A DNA stretch of 64,000 nt from an uncultured Bacilli bacterium (lineage in GTDB: Bacteria; Bacillota_I; Bacilli_A; RF39; UBA660), in the NCBI GenBank assembly GCA_947598485.1, contig CANQFJ010000003.1:7754-71753 (forward strand), read 5' to 3'. The position numbers were made by a program, and so were the translations under genes. This document shows, piece after piece, positions 1-9,210 of this stretch (position 1 is its first letter; each line of letters opens with the position of its first letter). The notes beneath the pieces were generated by a model. That model worked only from the letters and a program-made list of their open reading frames with translations, searched no databases and was not told the DNA's origin.

Positions 1-301
1 CGTGTTCAAAATAGCCGGCATTTTTAATAAGGGCCGCTCCAATACACGCAGGTAAAACACCAAAGGCCACTAAATCAGATAAAGAATCTATTTGAATACC
101 ATAGTTTTTTTCCATATCACTTCGATTTCTTTTAGTTCTAGCTACTTTGCCATCAAAAGCATCACATAAGCCACAAATTAATAAGAAAAATGTTGCAATA
201 TAAGGATGGCCAGATCCACCAAACGATACCATTATTCCCGATACTGCTGAAAATAACGATAGATACGTCAGAATTACTGTATAATCATAGAATCCTATCA
301 T
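1..301 (-). CDS. pssA: CDP-alcohol phosphatidyltransferase (phosphatidylserine synthase-like), N-terminal part; the 3' end lies outside the window
   Basis: Not in the ORF track. Own minus-strand translation from the ATG at 299-301 gives MIGFYDYTVILTYLSLFSAVSG...CDAFDGKVARTKRNRSDMEKNYGIQIDSLSDLVAFGVLP. This contains the DGxxAR...G-x3-D-x3-D CDP-alcohol transferase motif. An ATGA start/stop overlap links it to the upstream gene. Confidence 0.7.
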   Translation of the reverse strand, partial: MIGFYDYTVILTYLSLFSAVSGIMVSFGGSGHPYIATFFLLICGLCDAFDGKVARTKRNRSDMEKNYGIQIDSLSDLVAFGVLPACIGAALIKNAGYFEH

Positions 302-1371
302 TTTTTACTCCTCTTTTTTATTAAATAAAATTTAATTATTACTGCTATACCACATATTATAGCACAACTATAGAAAGAAAGAAATCTTGTAAGTAGTTCT
401 AGATTGCTAGCTTCCGCATTACTTAATATTCTTGAAAAGCCATCAAGAAGTAAAAAATCTGATATCCCCATAGCGCCAGGAATAGGTATAAAATTAGCGC
501 CAATTGTCACCATGCATTGGATTGCCCATACACTAAGAACGCTTATTAAAGAAACATTATGGATTCCATAGGCTCCTAAAAAGACAAATACAGTAACTAA
601 AAATAAACATATTCGTTGTAATATATTATATCCTAAAGCTTTAAGCATAACTTTTTTTCTTGTTTTAAGAAGCATGGCATATTCACTATATTTAGCCATC
701 ATTTCGGATAATCGAGCCATCTTTTCTTCTTTATTATGAATTATGTGTAACTTAGTTAATACTTTTAAGAAAAACTTACAAATATTATGTAATAATTTGG
801 CTTTAAAAAGTAAGCAAGAAAAAACAGTAATTAAAAGTATTTCTACTAAAAAGCCTATAATAATAAATATTTTAGATATAAAGCTAAATTTTAAATACAT
901 AGGGATACTAAAAATAAAAGTAATAAAAGCCACTAAAAATAAAGCAACAGTATATGCTAGTAAATTAAATAATAAAGTTGCTGTTACAGCAGCAGAAGAC
1001 ATTCCATCTTTAATCATAAAATAAGCACTTGCTGGTTGTCCTCCTGTTGCAGAAGGCGTAATAGCCGAGAAATATAAATCCGCGCTAGAATAGAAAAAAC
1101 CATCTTTCATTTTAGCATTAAATCCAAAAGATTTAGCTATAACTTTAATTGCTTGGCCTTCAAAGATAATATATAAAATAAGACATATTAAAGCTAATAT
1201 AATCCACACATACTCTGCCCCTTTTAAGAAGGAAATAAAACTTTTAAAAGAAAAGTCCTTATTTAAAGAAGTAATAGTCCATACACATAGAATAGCAATT
1301 AAGACAAATAAAAGAGAAAGCCAAATATTTTTACTTTTTTTAATCTGTTCGTTATTTTGGTTATCTTCCAT
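298..1371 (-). CDS. UPF0104 / lysyl-phosphatidylglycerol-synthase-TM-like (flippase-like) integral membrane protein
   Basis: 357-aa polytopic membrane ORF. The ITPSATGGQPASAYFMIKDG segment matches the TP..GGe...y..k.G signature of the family. Translationally coupled to the pssA-like gene. Confidence 0.6.
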   Translation of the reverse strand: MEDNQNNEQIKKSKNIWLSLLFVLIAILCVWTITSLNKDFSFKSFISFLKGAEYVWIILALICLILYIIFEGQAIKVIAKSFGFNAKMKDGFFYSSADLYFSAITPSATGGQPASAYFMIKDGMSSAAVTATLLFNLLAYTVALFLVAFITFIFSIPMYLKFSFISKIFIIIGFLVEILLITVFSCLLFKAKLLHNICKFFLKVLTKLHIIHNKEEKMARLSEMMAKYSEYAMLLKTRKKVMLKALGYNILQRICLFLVTVFVFLGAYGIHNVSLISVLSVWAIQCMVTIGANFIPIPGAMGISDFLLLDGFSRILSNAEASNLELLTRFLSFYSCAIICGIAVIIKFYLIKKRSKK

Positions 1372-1450
1372 AATACTTTCTCCTTAAGTACCTTACAATT
1401 ATAACACATTTATTAGTAAAAATATTATTTATTTACAATAGTTATTCCTT

Positions 1451-1498
1451 AAAATAAAAACTTATTTCGGCAACACTTTGCATTTTCGAAATAAGTTT
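1451..1498 (-). terminator. Rho-independent terminator at the end of the small-protein T7SS operon
   Basis: Perfect 12-bp inverted repeat AAACTTATTTCG (1458-1469) / CGAAATAAGTTT (1487-1498). In minus orientation it is followed by TTTTTATTTT. Confidence 0.6.
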
Positions 1499-1532
1499 AA
1501 TTTTATCAAGAAGATAATAAAAAAATAATATT

Positions 1533-1841
1533 TTATAAAATTACGCGATCGCGATCTTTAATTTTACTTATATTCTTCTTTTTTATACTAGCCTCTAGGT
1601 CAGAAGCTAGCATTTCATAATTATTATGAGTTTTAAGCATTTTAGAACTAATACTATTTATTTCTTTATAATAATCGCCAATAACATTATCTAAACCATT
1701 TAAATAATTATAATATTGAAAACCTGATGGAACATCAAAATTACAGCTAGAAATGGCACGAGATAGATCACTTGTGCAAGAATCTAAATGGTCTTTACAA
1801 TATCCATATATTCCCTCACTAGGGTATTCTAATTTACTCAT
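1533..1841 (-). CDS. small (102 aa) predicted helical protein, last gene of the T7SS substrate operon; function unknown
   Basis: The ORF is packed 6 nt after the preceding ~100-aa gene. It matches the WXG100-like neighbours in size and context. No W-x-G motif was seen. Confidence 0.45.
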   Translation of the reverse strand: MSKLEYPSEGIYGYCKDHLDSCTSDLSRAISSCNFDVPSGFQYYNYLNGLDNVIGDYYKEINSISSKMLKTHNNYEMLASDLEASIKKKNISKIKDRDRVIL

Positions 1842-1847
1842 TTATTT

Positions 1848-2156
1848 CTAACTTCCTTTTTTTGATTCTTCATCAAGATTTTTTTTGATACAATTGTTAA
1901 TCTCATATACATTTAAGCTTAACATATGACTTATATCTTTTATATTATTTACAAAGTTTATATACTGTATTTTTTCAGAGCCAACCTTTCTAAAGTATAT
2001 TTGGGATTGGTTTCCTACCCATTCTTTCGTAATAGTAGGAACTTCTGAAAATCGTCTGTATAAATTATTAATTTCCGTTTCTAAATCATTTGCCAAAGAC
2101 ATAATTTCTTTAGATATATTTTCAACTTCTATAGTGTTTATGTAAGAAATAGCCAT
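1848..2156 (-). CDS. WXG100-like small protein (102 aa)
   Basis: About 100 aa with a central KEWVGNQ (W-x-G) motif, in an operon with other ESAT-6-sized ORFs. Confidence 0.6.
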   Translation of the reverse strand: MAISYINTIEVENISKEIMSLANDLETEINNLYRRFSEVPTITKEWVGNQSQIYFRKVGSEKIQYINFVNNIKDISHMLSLNVYEINNCIKKNLDEESKKGS

Positions 2157-2159
2157 ACC

Positions 2160-2489
2160 TTAATCACCTGTCTCTTCTTGTTCTTTTTCACGCTCTTCGG
2201 CTTCTATTCGGGCTATTTCTCTATTTAAACTATAAATAGCTGAATCGATAGCAGGAATCACTTTGTTACTAAGATAATTACATGTAGATGATATATTATC
2301 TTTTAATTGAATAGCTCTATTAAAAATAGGAGTATTACTATCATTTATTTCATACTTATTTTTAATATCATTACCAACACTTTCGGCATTATTTTTTGCC
2401 ATGGACAAATAGGATATAACTGAATTAATATTTGTTTTTAAAGTTCGATATCGGTTTATATTATATTGATAATATGAAATTGATGACAT
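2160..2489 (-). CDS. small (109 aa) helical protein of the T7SS substrate operon, with an acidic C-terminal tail
   Basis: ORF spacing of 3 nt to the next gene and ESAT-6-like size. The C-terminus is EAEEREKEQEETGD. No clear W-x-G motif. Confidence 0.45.
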   Translation of the reverse strand: MSSISYYQYNINRYRTLKTNINSVISYLSMAKNNAESVGNDIKNKYEINDSNTPIFNRAIQLKDNISSTCNYLSNKVIPAIDSAIYSLNREIARIEAEEREKEQEETGD

Positions 2490-2508
2490 AATACCCCTTT
2501 ACATAATT

Positions 2509-2979
2509 TTAATCTAATCTAATATTATTTGCGTTAGAACGAATGTCTGAAGCAGAAGATTCTACATCTTGAGAAATGCTTTTGTCTGAAGAAGCAAAGT
2601 TACGATAAGCTTCATCAGCTTCATCTATTTCTTGTCTCATAGTAGAAACATATGCTTGAAGTAAAGATTTTATTGCCGCAATGAAATCATAAGCAGCAGT
2701 TTGTACTTCACCCCTTAAAGCAGAAGTTATATCTCCTGTTTGATCAAAACTATCAATTAAATCTTGGACATCTTGGCAATAACTAGATAATTGGGCTTTT
2801 AAGTCAGCCATACCTTGTTCACTCATTCCAGTGAATCCGCCAGACCAAATATTTGATAATCTACTTGTTGCTGTTCCAACTATATTTTGAATTTGTGTCT
2901 TAGCGCTAGCTAAAACGCTTGATAGCTTATCTTGTACATCATGTACAAAATTTCCAATTGTACTTTTTATAGATGGCAT
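2509..2979 (-). CDS. WXG-motif-containing 156-aa helical protein (T7SS substrate candidate)
   Basis: NIWSGGFTG (W-x-G) at about residue 45. Helical, Ala/Ser/Gln-rich. Separated by 2 nt from the upstream WXG100 gene. Confidence 0.5.
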   Translation of the reverse strand: MPSIKSTIGNFVHDVQDKLSSVLASAKTQIQNIVGTATSRLSNIWSGGFTGMSEQGMADLKAQLSSYCQDVQDLIDSFDQTGDITSALRGEVQTAAYDFIAAIKSLLQAYVSTMRQEIDEADEAYRNFASSDKSISQDVESSASDIRSNANNIRLD

Positions 2980-2981
2980 TA

Positions 2982-3296
2982 TTATTCCCTACCTTTCACT
3001 AATTCATCATCTGCTGAAGCCATTTCATCAACTATTTGATACATTTCTGATTCTAAAACTTCATAAGTGTCTTGTAATGCTTGAGAAATTCTATTTTTGT
3101 CAGCCTCCATGTTATTTTTGAATTGTTCAGCTGAAGCTCCAACCCAAGCAGAATCTACATATTCTCTAAGTTCACTCATGCTATCATTCATTTTTCTGAT
3201 TGCATCACCAATACATTTTGTGTTCAAATTATTCAAAGCAGTTTGAACATTGTTAGCATCAAAACCTATAGTTGCTCCTTCAATGTTTAAAGCCAT
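2982..3296 (-). CDS. WXG100 family (ESAT-6/EsxA-like) protein, 104 aa
   Basis: Size, plus a central DSAWVGASAEQF motif (W-x-G followed by the typical A..F). GGAGG Shine-Dalgarno upstream. Confidence 0.75.
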   Translation of the reverse strand: MALNIEGATIGFDANNVQTALNNLNTKCIGDAIRKMNDSMSELREYVDSAWVGASAEQFKNNMEADKNRISQALQDTYEVLESEMYQIVDEMASADDELVKGRE

Positions 3297-3307
3297 TATT
3301 ACACCTC

Positions 3308-3643
3308 CTAATTTATAATAGACTTCATCTTATTTTTAGTATCATCAGTATAATTTTGGAATAATGTAGTTAAAAATTTGTCGTTTTCTTGCATCTTCTT
3401 GATTAATGCGATTAAATCATCAGAATAGGTTACAATATTATCTCTAATAATTGAATAGTATGTTGTTAACTGTTTGTAATAATTCATAAGAGCTACACAA
3501 GGCGTCCCTTGATAATAATTAGGGAGCCTATCCATACAAGAATCAATCTTATCAAATATTTCCGTTATTCTATCAGAATAATCTAAAATTTCTAAACTTA
3601 ATAGGCTTAATTCATCTTCATTAATTCCTGCTACAACATCCAT
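3308..3643 (-). CDS. small (111 aa) helical ESAT-6-sized protein, first gene of the substrate operon
   Basis: The start is reassigned to the ATG at 3641-3643 (MDVVAGINEDE...), which is preceded by a GGAGGA Shine-Dalgarno. The longer track ORF (to 3760) would run through the promoter/palindrome region. Confidence 0.5.
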   Translation of the reverse strand: MDVVAGINEDELSLLSLEILDYSDRITEIFDKIDSCMDRLPNYYQGTPCVALMNYYKQLTTYYSIIRDNIVTYSDDLIALIKKMQENDKFLTTLFQNYTDDTKNKMKSIIN

Positions 3644-3705
3644 TTTTTGATTATTCCTCCATGTTATATTGATAATCCTAGACCATAGCTTCTCTATGTT
3701 CAAGT

Positions 3706-3748
3706 TAATTGTAGCATACTTTTTTGCGATTTTCGCAAAAAAGTTGCA
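3706..3748 (-). promoter_or_regulatory. promoter/operator module of the T7SS substrate operon (copy A of a duplicated motif)
   Basis: The plus strand reads TAATTGTAGCATA-CTTTTTTGCG-ATTTTCGCAAAAAAGTTGCA. In minus orientation this gives a TACAAT -10 box (3708-3713). It contains a perfect 10-bp palindrome, TTTTTTGCGA-ttt-TCGCAAAAAA (3720-3742). It is near-identical to 10723-10754. Confidence 0.5.
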
Positions 3749-3882
3749 AATTTGATGCATATTTTACTATTTTTACTCATAAATTGTGCAATCAGTACAC
3801 ATTATTTTTGTAAGATAATATATTTATGTGCATTCCTTTTGAATATTTTGCCATATTTAGAAGAGTTGAGGTGAAATAAAAC

Positions 3883-4314
3883 ATGGTTTTTAATGAAGAA
3901 GATGAAAATTATATATATGAAGTTATTGGAAAAAATGTTAAAAAGTATCGGAAGCTAAAAGGTTGGACCCAAGAAAAACTAGCAAATGAAATTAATTACT
4001 CTCTTTCTTTTATTAGTGGAATTGAATCATCATATCATCAAACCTTTTCCTTAGGAGCCATATGGAGAATATCAAAAGTATTAGATGTAGACTTTGCCAA
4101 GTTATGTGAAAATGAGAACAGCTCCTCATTTAAAGCTAAATACATTGAATATAAATGCAATAAATGTGGAGCTGAAAGTAAATTTCCGATTAAGATAATA
4201 AAACATTTTAAAAATATATATGAGTTAGCAAATAGTAAGGAACAACCTAGTTTTGAGTGCATAAATAACGATTGTGATGGCAGAATGTATCCTAAAAATC
4301 CGATGGAACTATAA
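3883..4314 (+). CDS. XRE-family helix-turn-helix regulator with a C-terminal 4-Cys zinc-ribbon-like segment
   Basis: N-terminal segment KGWTQEKLANEINYSLSFISGIE is a typical HTH_3. The C-terminus carries CNKCG ... CINNDCDG. The gene is divergent from the WXG operon and convergent with esaB/essC. Confidence 0.7.
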   Translation: MVFNEEDENYIYEVIGKNVKKYRKLKGWTQEKLANEINYSLSFISGIESSYHQTFSLGAIWRISKVLDVDFAKLCENENSSSFKAKYIEYKCNKCGAESKFPIKIIKHFKNIYELANSKEQPSFECINNDCDGRMYPKNPMEL

Positions 4315-4320
4315 CTATTA

Positions 4321-4572
4321 TTAAAATAAAATTAATTCCGTTCCATTTCTAATATCCGTTTCGCGAATTAAATTATTTTTTTCATATATTAAACCCGAAC
4401 GCCTGTTGCATAGACAGGCATTTTTTTTGATAGGATATATTTTTGATAAATCATTGACTATTTTAGAAAGTAATTCACATATTTCCCCAACATACTTATT
4501 TATAGGGATATACATTTCATATGATTCCTCTATTTCGGGTACATATAATTTTATTAATACCTTATAATCCAT
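4321..4572 (-). CDS. EsaB/YukD-like small ubiquitin-fold T7SS protein (83 aa)
   Basis: Matches by size, position directly after essC (1-nt overlap) and sequence (MDYKVLIKLYVP...YEMYIPINKYVGE...). This is consistent with YukD-family proteins. Confidence 0.6.
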   Translation of the reverse strand: MDYKVLIKLYVPEIEESYEMYIPINKYVGEICELLSKIVNDLSKIYPIKKNACLCNRRSGLIYEKNNLIRETDIRNGTELILF

Positions 4573-7500
4573 TAATCATCACCGTCCATAACAGTCTTGA
4601 TGACTTTATATTCACCACTTACTATGTTAAAAGCAAGGCCTTCATAATCATATTTTTTATCTTCTGTACTAACTTCATTATGCGTAAATAAACTTTGGTT
4701 AGCAAAATTAATGCCAAGCCATAGTCCAGTTGAAGTATCAACTTGGTCAAACCACTTTTCTAGTTTAAGAATTCTTAGCTTATCATAATCATCGATAAAA
4801 ATATAAATGCTCTTTTTACTGTTTGGTAAGTTTTGCAGTATGTTATTAAATATCTCTAAGCCACCTTTTGATAATTTTCGCTTATATTGTCCTGCTCCTA
4901 AAATAATATTGACTGCATAATCATCAGAATCTGTTCTATTAATGACATCCTTTTCTAGGGCACCAAAAACAACATCAATATCTTCATTAAATAATTTAAT
5001 ATCCAAAATAGGCTTTTTGAAAATATCCATCATATCTACAACTCTGACTTTAACATTAGGAGTCTTCGTTAAAATTGTACATAAACCATATATAAAATTT
5101 ATATTATCACGAATACTTTTACCAGTGATTAAATGAATTTTTTGCGATAATAGATTGTACTTAGCAAGATCTTTTTCATAAAAGTTAATTCCAATTGGTA
5201 ACTCCGATAATGTTGAAACAAACTTTAATAAATCATCACTTGTAACATTATCAGGAATTTTAGCTAATTGTTTAACTTTATACTTATAGTATTCTACACA
5301 TCTATTAGCATAATCTTTTATTGTATCTAGCTCTCTTTCTTCTATATCAATCATCGCGGTTTGAAATTCACAGTAAGAATCACTATTGGTAGCGTCCGTT
5401 TTACAAATTCCTCGGCCCACATTCTTTTTCGGCATTAGTCCTTTTCGACAATTAGTGATCGTTCGGTATTGGGAATCATCATTTAATTGCATTACAATAA
5501 CATGATTAAAGAACTGTAATTGTCTTTGTCTTAAAGCATTTGGAGCATTAACACTTATTAAGAAAATAATTCCATATTTTGGGGCATCCCTAAATAAATT
5601 AGTTATAACATCATCTAATCTACCAAATTGTTGAATAAAGATATCAAAACTATTAATACACATTACAATTAAATTAAGCTTCTTCTCATTAACTTTATTA
5701 TAATATGCAAAAGATCCATTATAATCGGATAAGATTTCTTTTCTTTTATCCATTTCTTCCATGATTAGGTCTAAAACACCTGCTACTTTTTCCATATCAT
5801 CTTGGAAAACGACTTCTCCTACATGAGGGAATTTAGCAAATTTCTTAAGTGTTTCTGCCCCAAAATCAATGATATAAAAGGCTACTTCATATGGCGTATG
5901 TTCACAAATTGTCGACCAAATAATTGTCGAAATTAAACTATCTATACCCGAACCATTTTGACCTATTATAGCAACATTTCCTTGCATTAAATCAATTGTA
6001 AGTAAGCCTTGCATTTGTTTACGAGGTTCATCGTATTCACCAATAGGTACATCATAAGTATAACTTTGAATTTCTTTAATATTTCTATTGTATTTTTTAT
6101 ATAATTCATTTAGAAAGATTCTATCCTTAATATTCTCGAGCCATAAAGGAGAGTTTTTAAAAGTAAATTGTTTACTTATTTCCGTTATATAGGCAACGAT
6201 ATTTAATAATTCTTCTCCTTGACTTTCCCCTTTTTCTTCTTTTTTTTCTTCATAATAGCCAATTGTTCTACCAATGTTATCAATATACTGAATGGACTCA
6301 TCTACTTTATGCTTTAATACATCTGAGGGATAATATTTGGCGCCAGCCCAAGCGGATTGACCTAAATTATAATAATCATCATTACCTACTTGTAAGTAAA
6401 AAGCTCCGGTTTGTTTTAAAAAAGCCGCATCAGGTTTCTTTAAAATTTCATTGGAGTCACCTTTATCTTGAACTTTTAAACATACCTTGAATTTAGAGTT
6501 TGACCATATTTGATCGGTAACGACACCACTAGGTTTTTGCGTAGCTAGTATTAAATGAACTCCTAAACTTCTACCAATGCGTGATGTAGATATTAATTGT
6601 TCCATAAATTCTGGTTGTTGTTGTTTAAGTTCAGCAAATTCATCACAAATTATTAATAAATGGCTCAAAGGTTCATCTAATAGGCCTTTTCTATAAAACT
6701 GTTGATATTTATAAATATTCATTGAGCCTTCTTTTAATTTTTCTCTAGCCTCATTAAACATTTTTTGTCTTCTTTTAAGTTCAGAGTCTATAGCCGCTAT
6801 GGATCTAAAAATTTCTGATTTATCAAGGTTAGTAATAGTTCCTGCTAAATGAGGAAGTTTAATTTGCATTTCCGCATTTTCAAAGCTTTTCGCTAAACCT
6901 CCACCTTTATAGTCTATGAGTACAAACTGAACTTCTTCAGGGCTAAAGTTAACCGCTAAAGAAAGAATGTATGTTACTATCCACTCTGATTTTCCTGAAC
7001 CAGTGGTTCCAGCAACAAGTCCATGAGGTCCATATGCTTTTTCATGAATATCCATCTTGAATATTTCGCCGCTTTGATCTATTCCTATTGGAACGGCTAA
7101 ACTTATTACAGGATTATTATTACTCCATCTTTCAATGGAATTAAGTTGTTCGACTCTACCCAAGTTATATAACTCTAAAAAAGAAAGTGAAGAAGGTAAT
7201 TCATATTTTTCTTTTTCGACTAGGACAGGTATATTGGCTAATTTTTGGGCACATTTATACACATCAATTTCACCATTTACATTAAAATCCGCAATGAATA
7301 TTTTTTGATTATCATTGATTTTACTAGTCATGATAGCAGAGTTGTTTTTAGAAATACATATAAAATCTGATGTTTCACTAGGTAAAGTAGAAATACTTTT
7401 AGATGTTATTATAATTGAAAAGCCCATATTTTTTTTATAATGTAATATTTTATTGATTAATGATACATTTCTAACTGATGTCATATCATCAATAAAAAAT

Positions 7501-9170
7501 AAATAATATGGTCGGAAATTTTGAAAGTCCTTTCTTGAACTTTCATCTATTCCATCATCTTCAAGTTTAACATCATCACTATCCGAGAGTCTAGCATCAA
7601 AAGTTTTTTCTAGGTCATTAGCAATTGTTGATAATTCTTCCACCGTAGTAGCAAAATAGCGAATACTTTTTTGGTTGTTCCAACAATGAGGAGCAATTTT
7701 CAAATATTCCCATTTAGAGGGTTCTTTAGTAAAGACTACTATTTTTAAATCCGTATATGAATGAAAAGTTAACATTTGTAAAAATACGCAATCCATAAAT
7801 TCCTTAATTAATTCAGGATCACCTACAATAGCATTGATGCTTTGCTCAGTAAACGTATATGTTATAGGAACTTCTTCAATGGTTAAAGATTCATCAACTA
7901 CTTTTCTTAACTCCGTAAATAAATTATCTTCTTTTTCTACGGAAAATTTTTCTTCAGGAATATCTATTGTTAATTTAGTACGTATTGTACCAATACCTAA
8001 ACGAATTGACAAAAAATCTTCATGATCAATACTTCTTTGCCATAATTCTTTACTTTTACTTTCAATAATATTTAAACACTCTTTAGCAGAGGGATGATTA
8101 TTTAAAATGGTACTTTTTTGATTAGCTTTTATTAAGTCCAGGTCTTTTTTCTTTTTTTGCAAATAGGCCAAATATTTTTTTTGGCGATTTTTTTCTTTAG
8201 ATTTTAATCTTCTTTTAGAATAAATTCTTGTAACATTTGGCCATAGCAAAGCACCGAGGATTGTAACAACCATCGTAGTCATCGATATAAAAAACCTAAA
8301 TGAACTTGTATTACCTGTTACATATGTACCTAAAAAGCTAATCATCGATATAACAGATGTACTTATCATAGTTAGCTGAGGACCAATAGTTAAAATAAAA
8401 GGCGTTTCATTTTCTTGTTCAGGAGCCGGAGGCTCATCAATTTTTACCGTAGACCCTTTTACTATAAAATTAAACCGTGGAGCTTTAAAAAAATAATCGT
8501 CTTTAGAAAATAATGGTGTATCATCTTTTAATGTTTGAGTAGTATTTGTATAAGGTTGATACTCTGGCTCTATTTCTCTTGATTGTATATTTCCCGTTCT
8601 AACCCTAACCGCATTATTTGGGTTATTAACTATTATTCTTGAACCGACCAATATTACCTTTAAGCCATAAAAAAATATATAATCTCCATAAAATAATTTT
8701 TCACCATTTATTATTCTTTTCCCCGAAATAAATACATTACGAGAATTAGATTCAATATTCCAATAACTTCGATTATTAACAGGAGTTAGCTTAATAACTT
8801 CTTGACCATTTTTGACTTTATCATCATAAGAATAGTAAATATCACAATTAGGATTATTACCAATCGTAATTTCATTAAAAATATTAAAGGTATATGATGC
8901 AGTATCGTACTTAGGAACTACTACAAACTTATAATTTTCGCCTCCAAAGTTAGAAATTAATGTACACACTTTATAGGGCATTATATCGGGTTCAGATGTT
9001 GAAAAGTCATTCGACATAAACTCATTAGAAAGTTGGATAACCCATTTATTGTCACTAGATAAAATATTCGCAATTAAACGATCTTGAACATATAATGGAT
9101 ACATACCACTTATTTTAATTGGTAAGTTTATCGTTAGTAACACATCTTCATTGAATAAATATACTATCAT
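4572..9170 (-). CDS. essC: T7SS FtsK/SpoIIIE-family ATPase EssC (1532 aa)
   Basis: N-terminal FHA-like region, two TM helices (about residues 265-320) and three P-loop domains. Domain 1 is canonical (LVAGTTGSGKSE Walker A; LLIICDEFAELK Walker B). Domain 2 (IGQNGSGIDS) and domain 3 are degenerate, as is typical of EssC. Confidence 0.9.
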   Translation of the reverse strand: MIVYLFNEDVLLTINLPIKISGMYPLYVQDRLIANILSSDNKWVIQLSNEFMSNDFSTSEPDIMPYKVCTLISNFGGENYKFVVVPKYDTASYTFNIFNEITIGNNPNCDIYYSYDDKVKNGQEVIKLTPVNNRSYWNIESNSRNVFISGKRIINGEKLFYGDYIFFYGLKVILVGSRIIVNNPNNAVRVRTGNIQSREIEPEYQPYTNTTQTLKDDTPLFSKDDYFFKAPRFNFIVKGSTVKIDEPPAPEQENETPFILTIGPQLTMISTSVISMISFLGTYVTGNTSSFRFFISMTTMVVTILGALLWPNVTRIYSKRRLKSKEKNRQKKYLAYLQKKKKDLDLIKANQKSTILNNHPSAKECLNIIESKSKELWQRSIDHEDFLSIRLGIGTIRTKLTIDIPEEKFSVEKEDNLFTELRKVVDESLTIEEVPITYTFTEQSINAIVGDPELIKEFMDCVFLQMLTFHSYTDLKIVVFTKEPSKWEYLKIAPHCWNNQKSIRYFATTVEELSTIANDLEKTFDARLSDSDDVKLEDDGIDESSRKDFQNFRPYYLFFIDDMTSVRNVSLINKILHYKKNMGFSIIITSKSISTLPSETSDFICISKNNSAIMTSKINDNQKIFIADFNVNGEIDVYKCAQKLANIPVLVEKEKYELPSSLSFLELYNLGRVEQLNSIERWSNNNPVISLAVPIGIDQSGEIFKMDIHEKAYGPHGLVAGTTGSGKSEWIVTYILSLAVNFSPEEVQFVLIDYKGGGLAKSFENAEMQIKLPHLAGTITNLDKSEIFRSIAAIDSELKRRQKMFNEAREKLKEGSMNIYKYQQFYRKGLLDEPLSHLLIICDEFAELKQQQPEFMEQLISTSRIGRSLGVHLILATQKPSGVVTDQIWSNSKFKVCLKVQDKGDSNEILKKPDAAFLKQTGAFYLQVGNDDYYNLGQSAWAGAKYYPSDVLKHKVDESIQYIDNIGRTIGYYEEKKEEKGESQGEELLNIVAYITEISKQFTFKNSPLWLENIKDRIFLNELYKKYNRNIKEIQSYTYDVPIGEYDEPRKQMQGLLTIDLMQGNVAIIGQNGSGIDSLISTIIWSTICEHTPYEVAFYIIDFGAETLKKFAKFPHVGEVVFQDDMEKVAGVLDLIMEEMDKRKEILSDYNGSFAYYNKVNEKKLNLIVMCINSFDIFIQQFGRLDDVITNLFRDAPKYGIIFLISVNAPNALRQRQLQFFNHVIVMQLNDDSQYRTITNCRKGLMPKKNVGRGICKTDATNSDSYCEFQTAMIDIEERELDTIKDYANRCVEYYKYKVKQLAKIPDNVTSDDLLKFVSTLSELPIGINFYEKDLAKYNLLSQKIHLITGKSIRDNINFIYGLCTILTKTPNVKVRVVDMMDIFKKPILDIKLFNEDIDVVFGALEKDVINRTDSDDYAVNIILGAGQYKRKLSKGGLEIFNNILQNLPNSKKSIYIFIDDYDKLRILKLEKWFDQVDTSTGLWLGINFANQSLFTHNEVSTEDKKYDYEGLAFNIVSGEYKVIKTVMDGDD

Positions 9171-9210
9171 AATTCAACTTTCTTTTCCCCTTTCTAATCT
9201 TTGTTAATCT

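Noticed and set aside
3644-3760. The N-terminal 39-codon extension of ORF 3308-3760
   Set aside because: The extension runs through the palindrome and -10 region shared with the essC-operon promoter and has no Shine-Dalgarno. The internal ATG at 3643 has a GGAGGA Shine-Dalgarno and gives an ESAT-6-sized product.
743-8025. Short antisense ORFs 743-1024(+), 4038-4262(-), 4942-5136(+), 6263-6490(+) and 7834-8025(+)
   Set aside because: They lie entirely inside longer, well-supported genes on the opposite strand. Their translations are low-complexity and AT-driven (Ile/Leu/Lys/Asn-rich), and they have no ribosome-binding sites.
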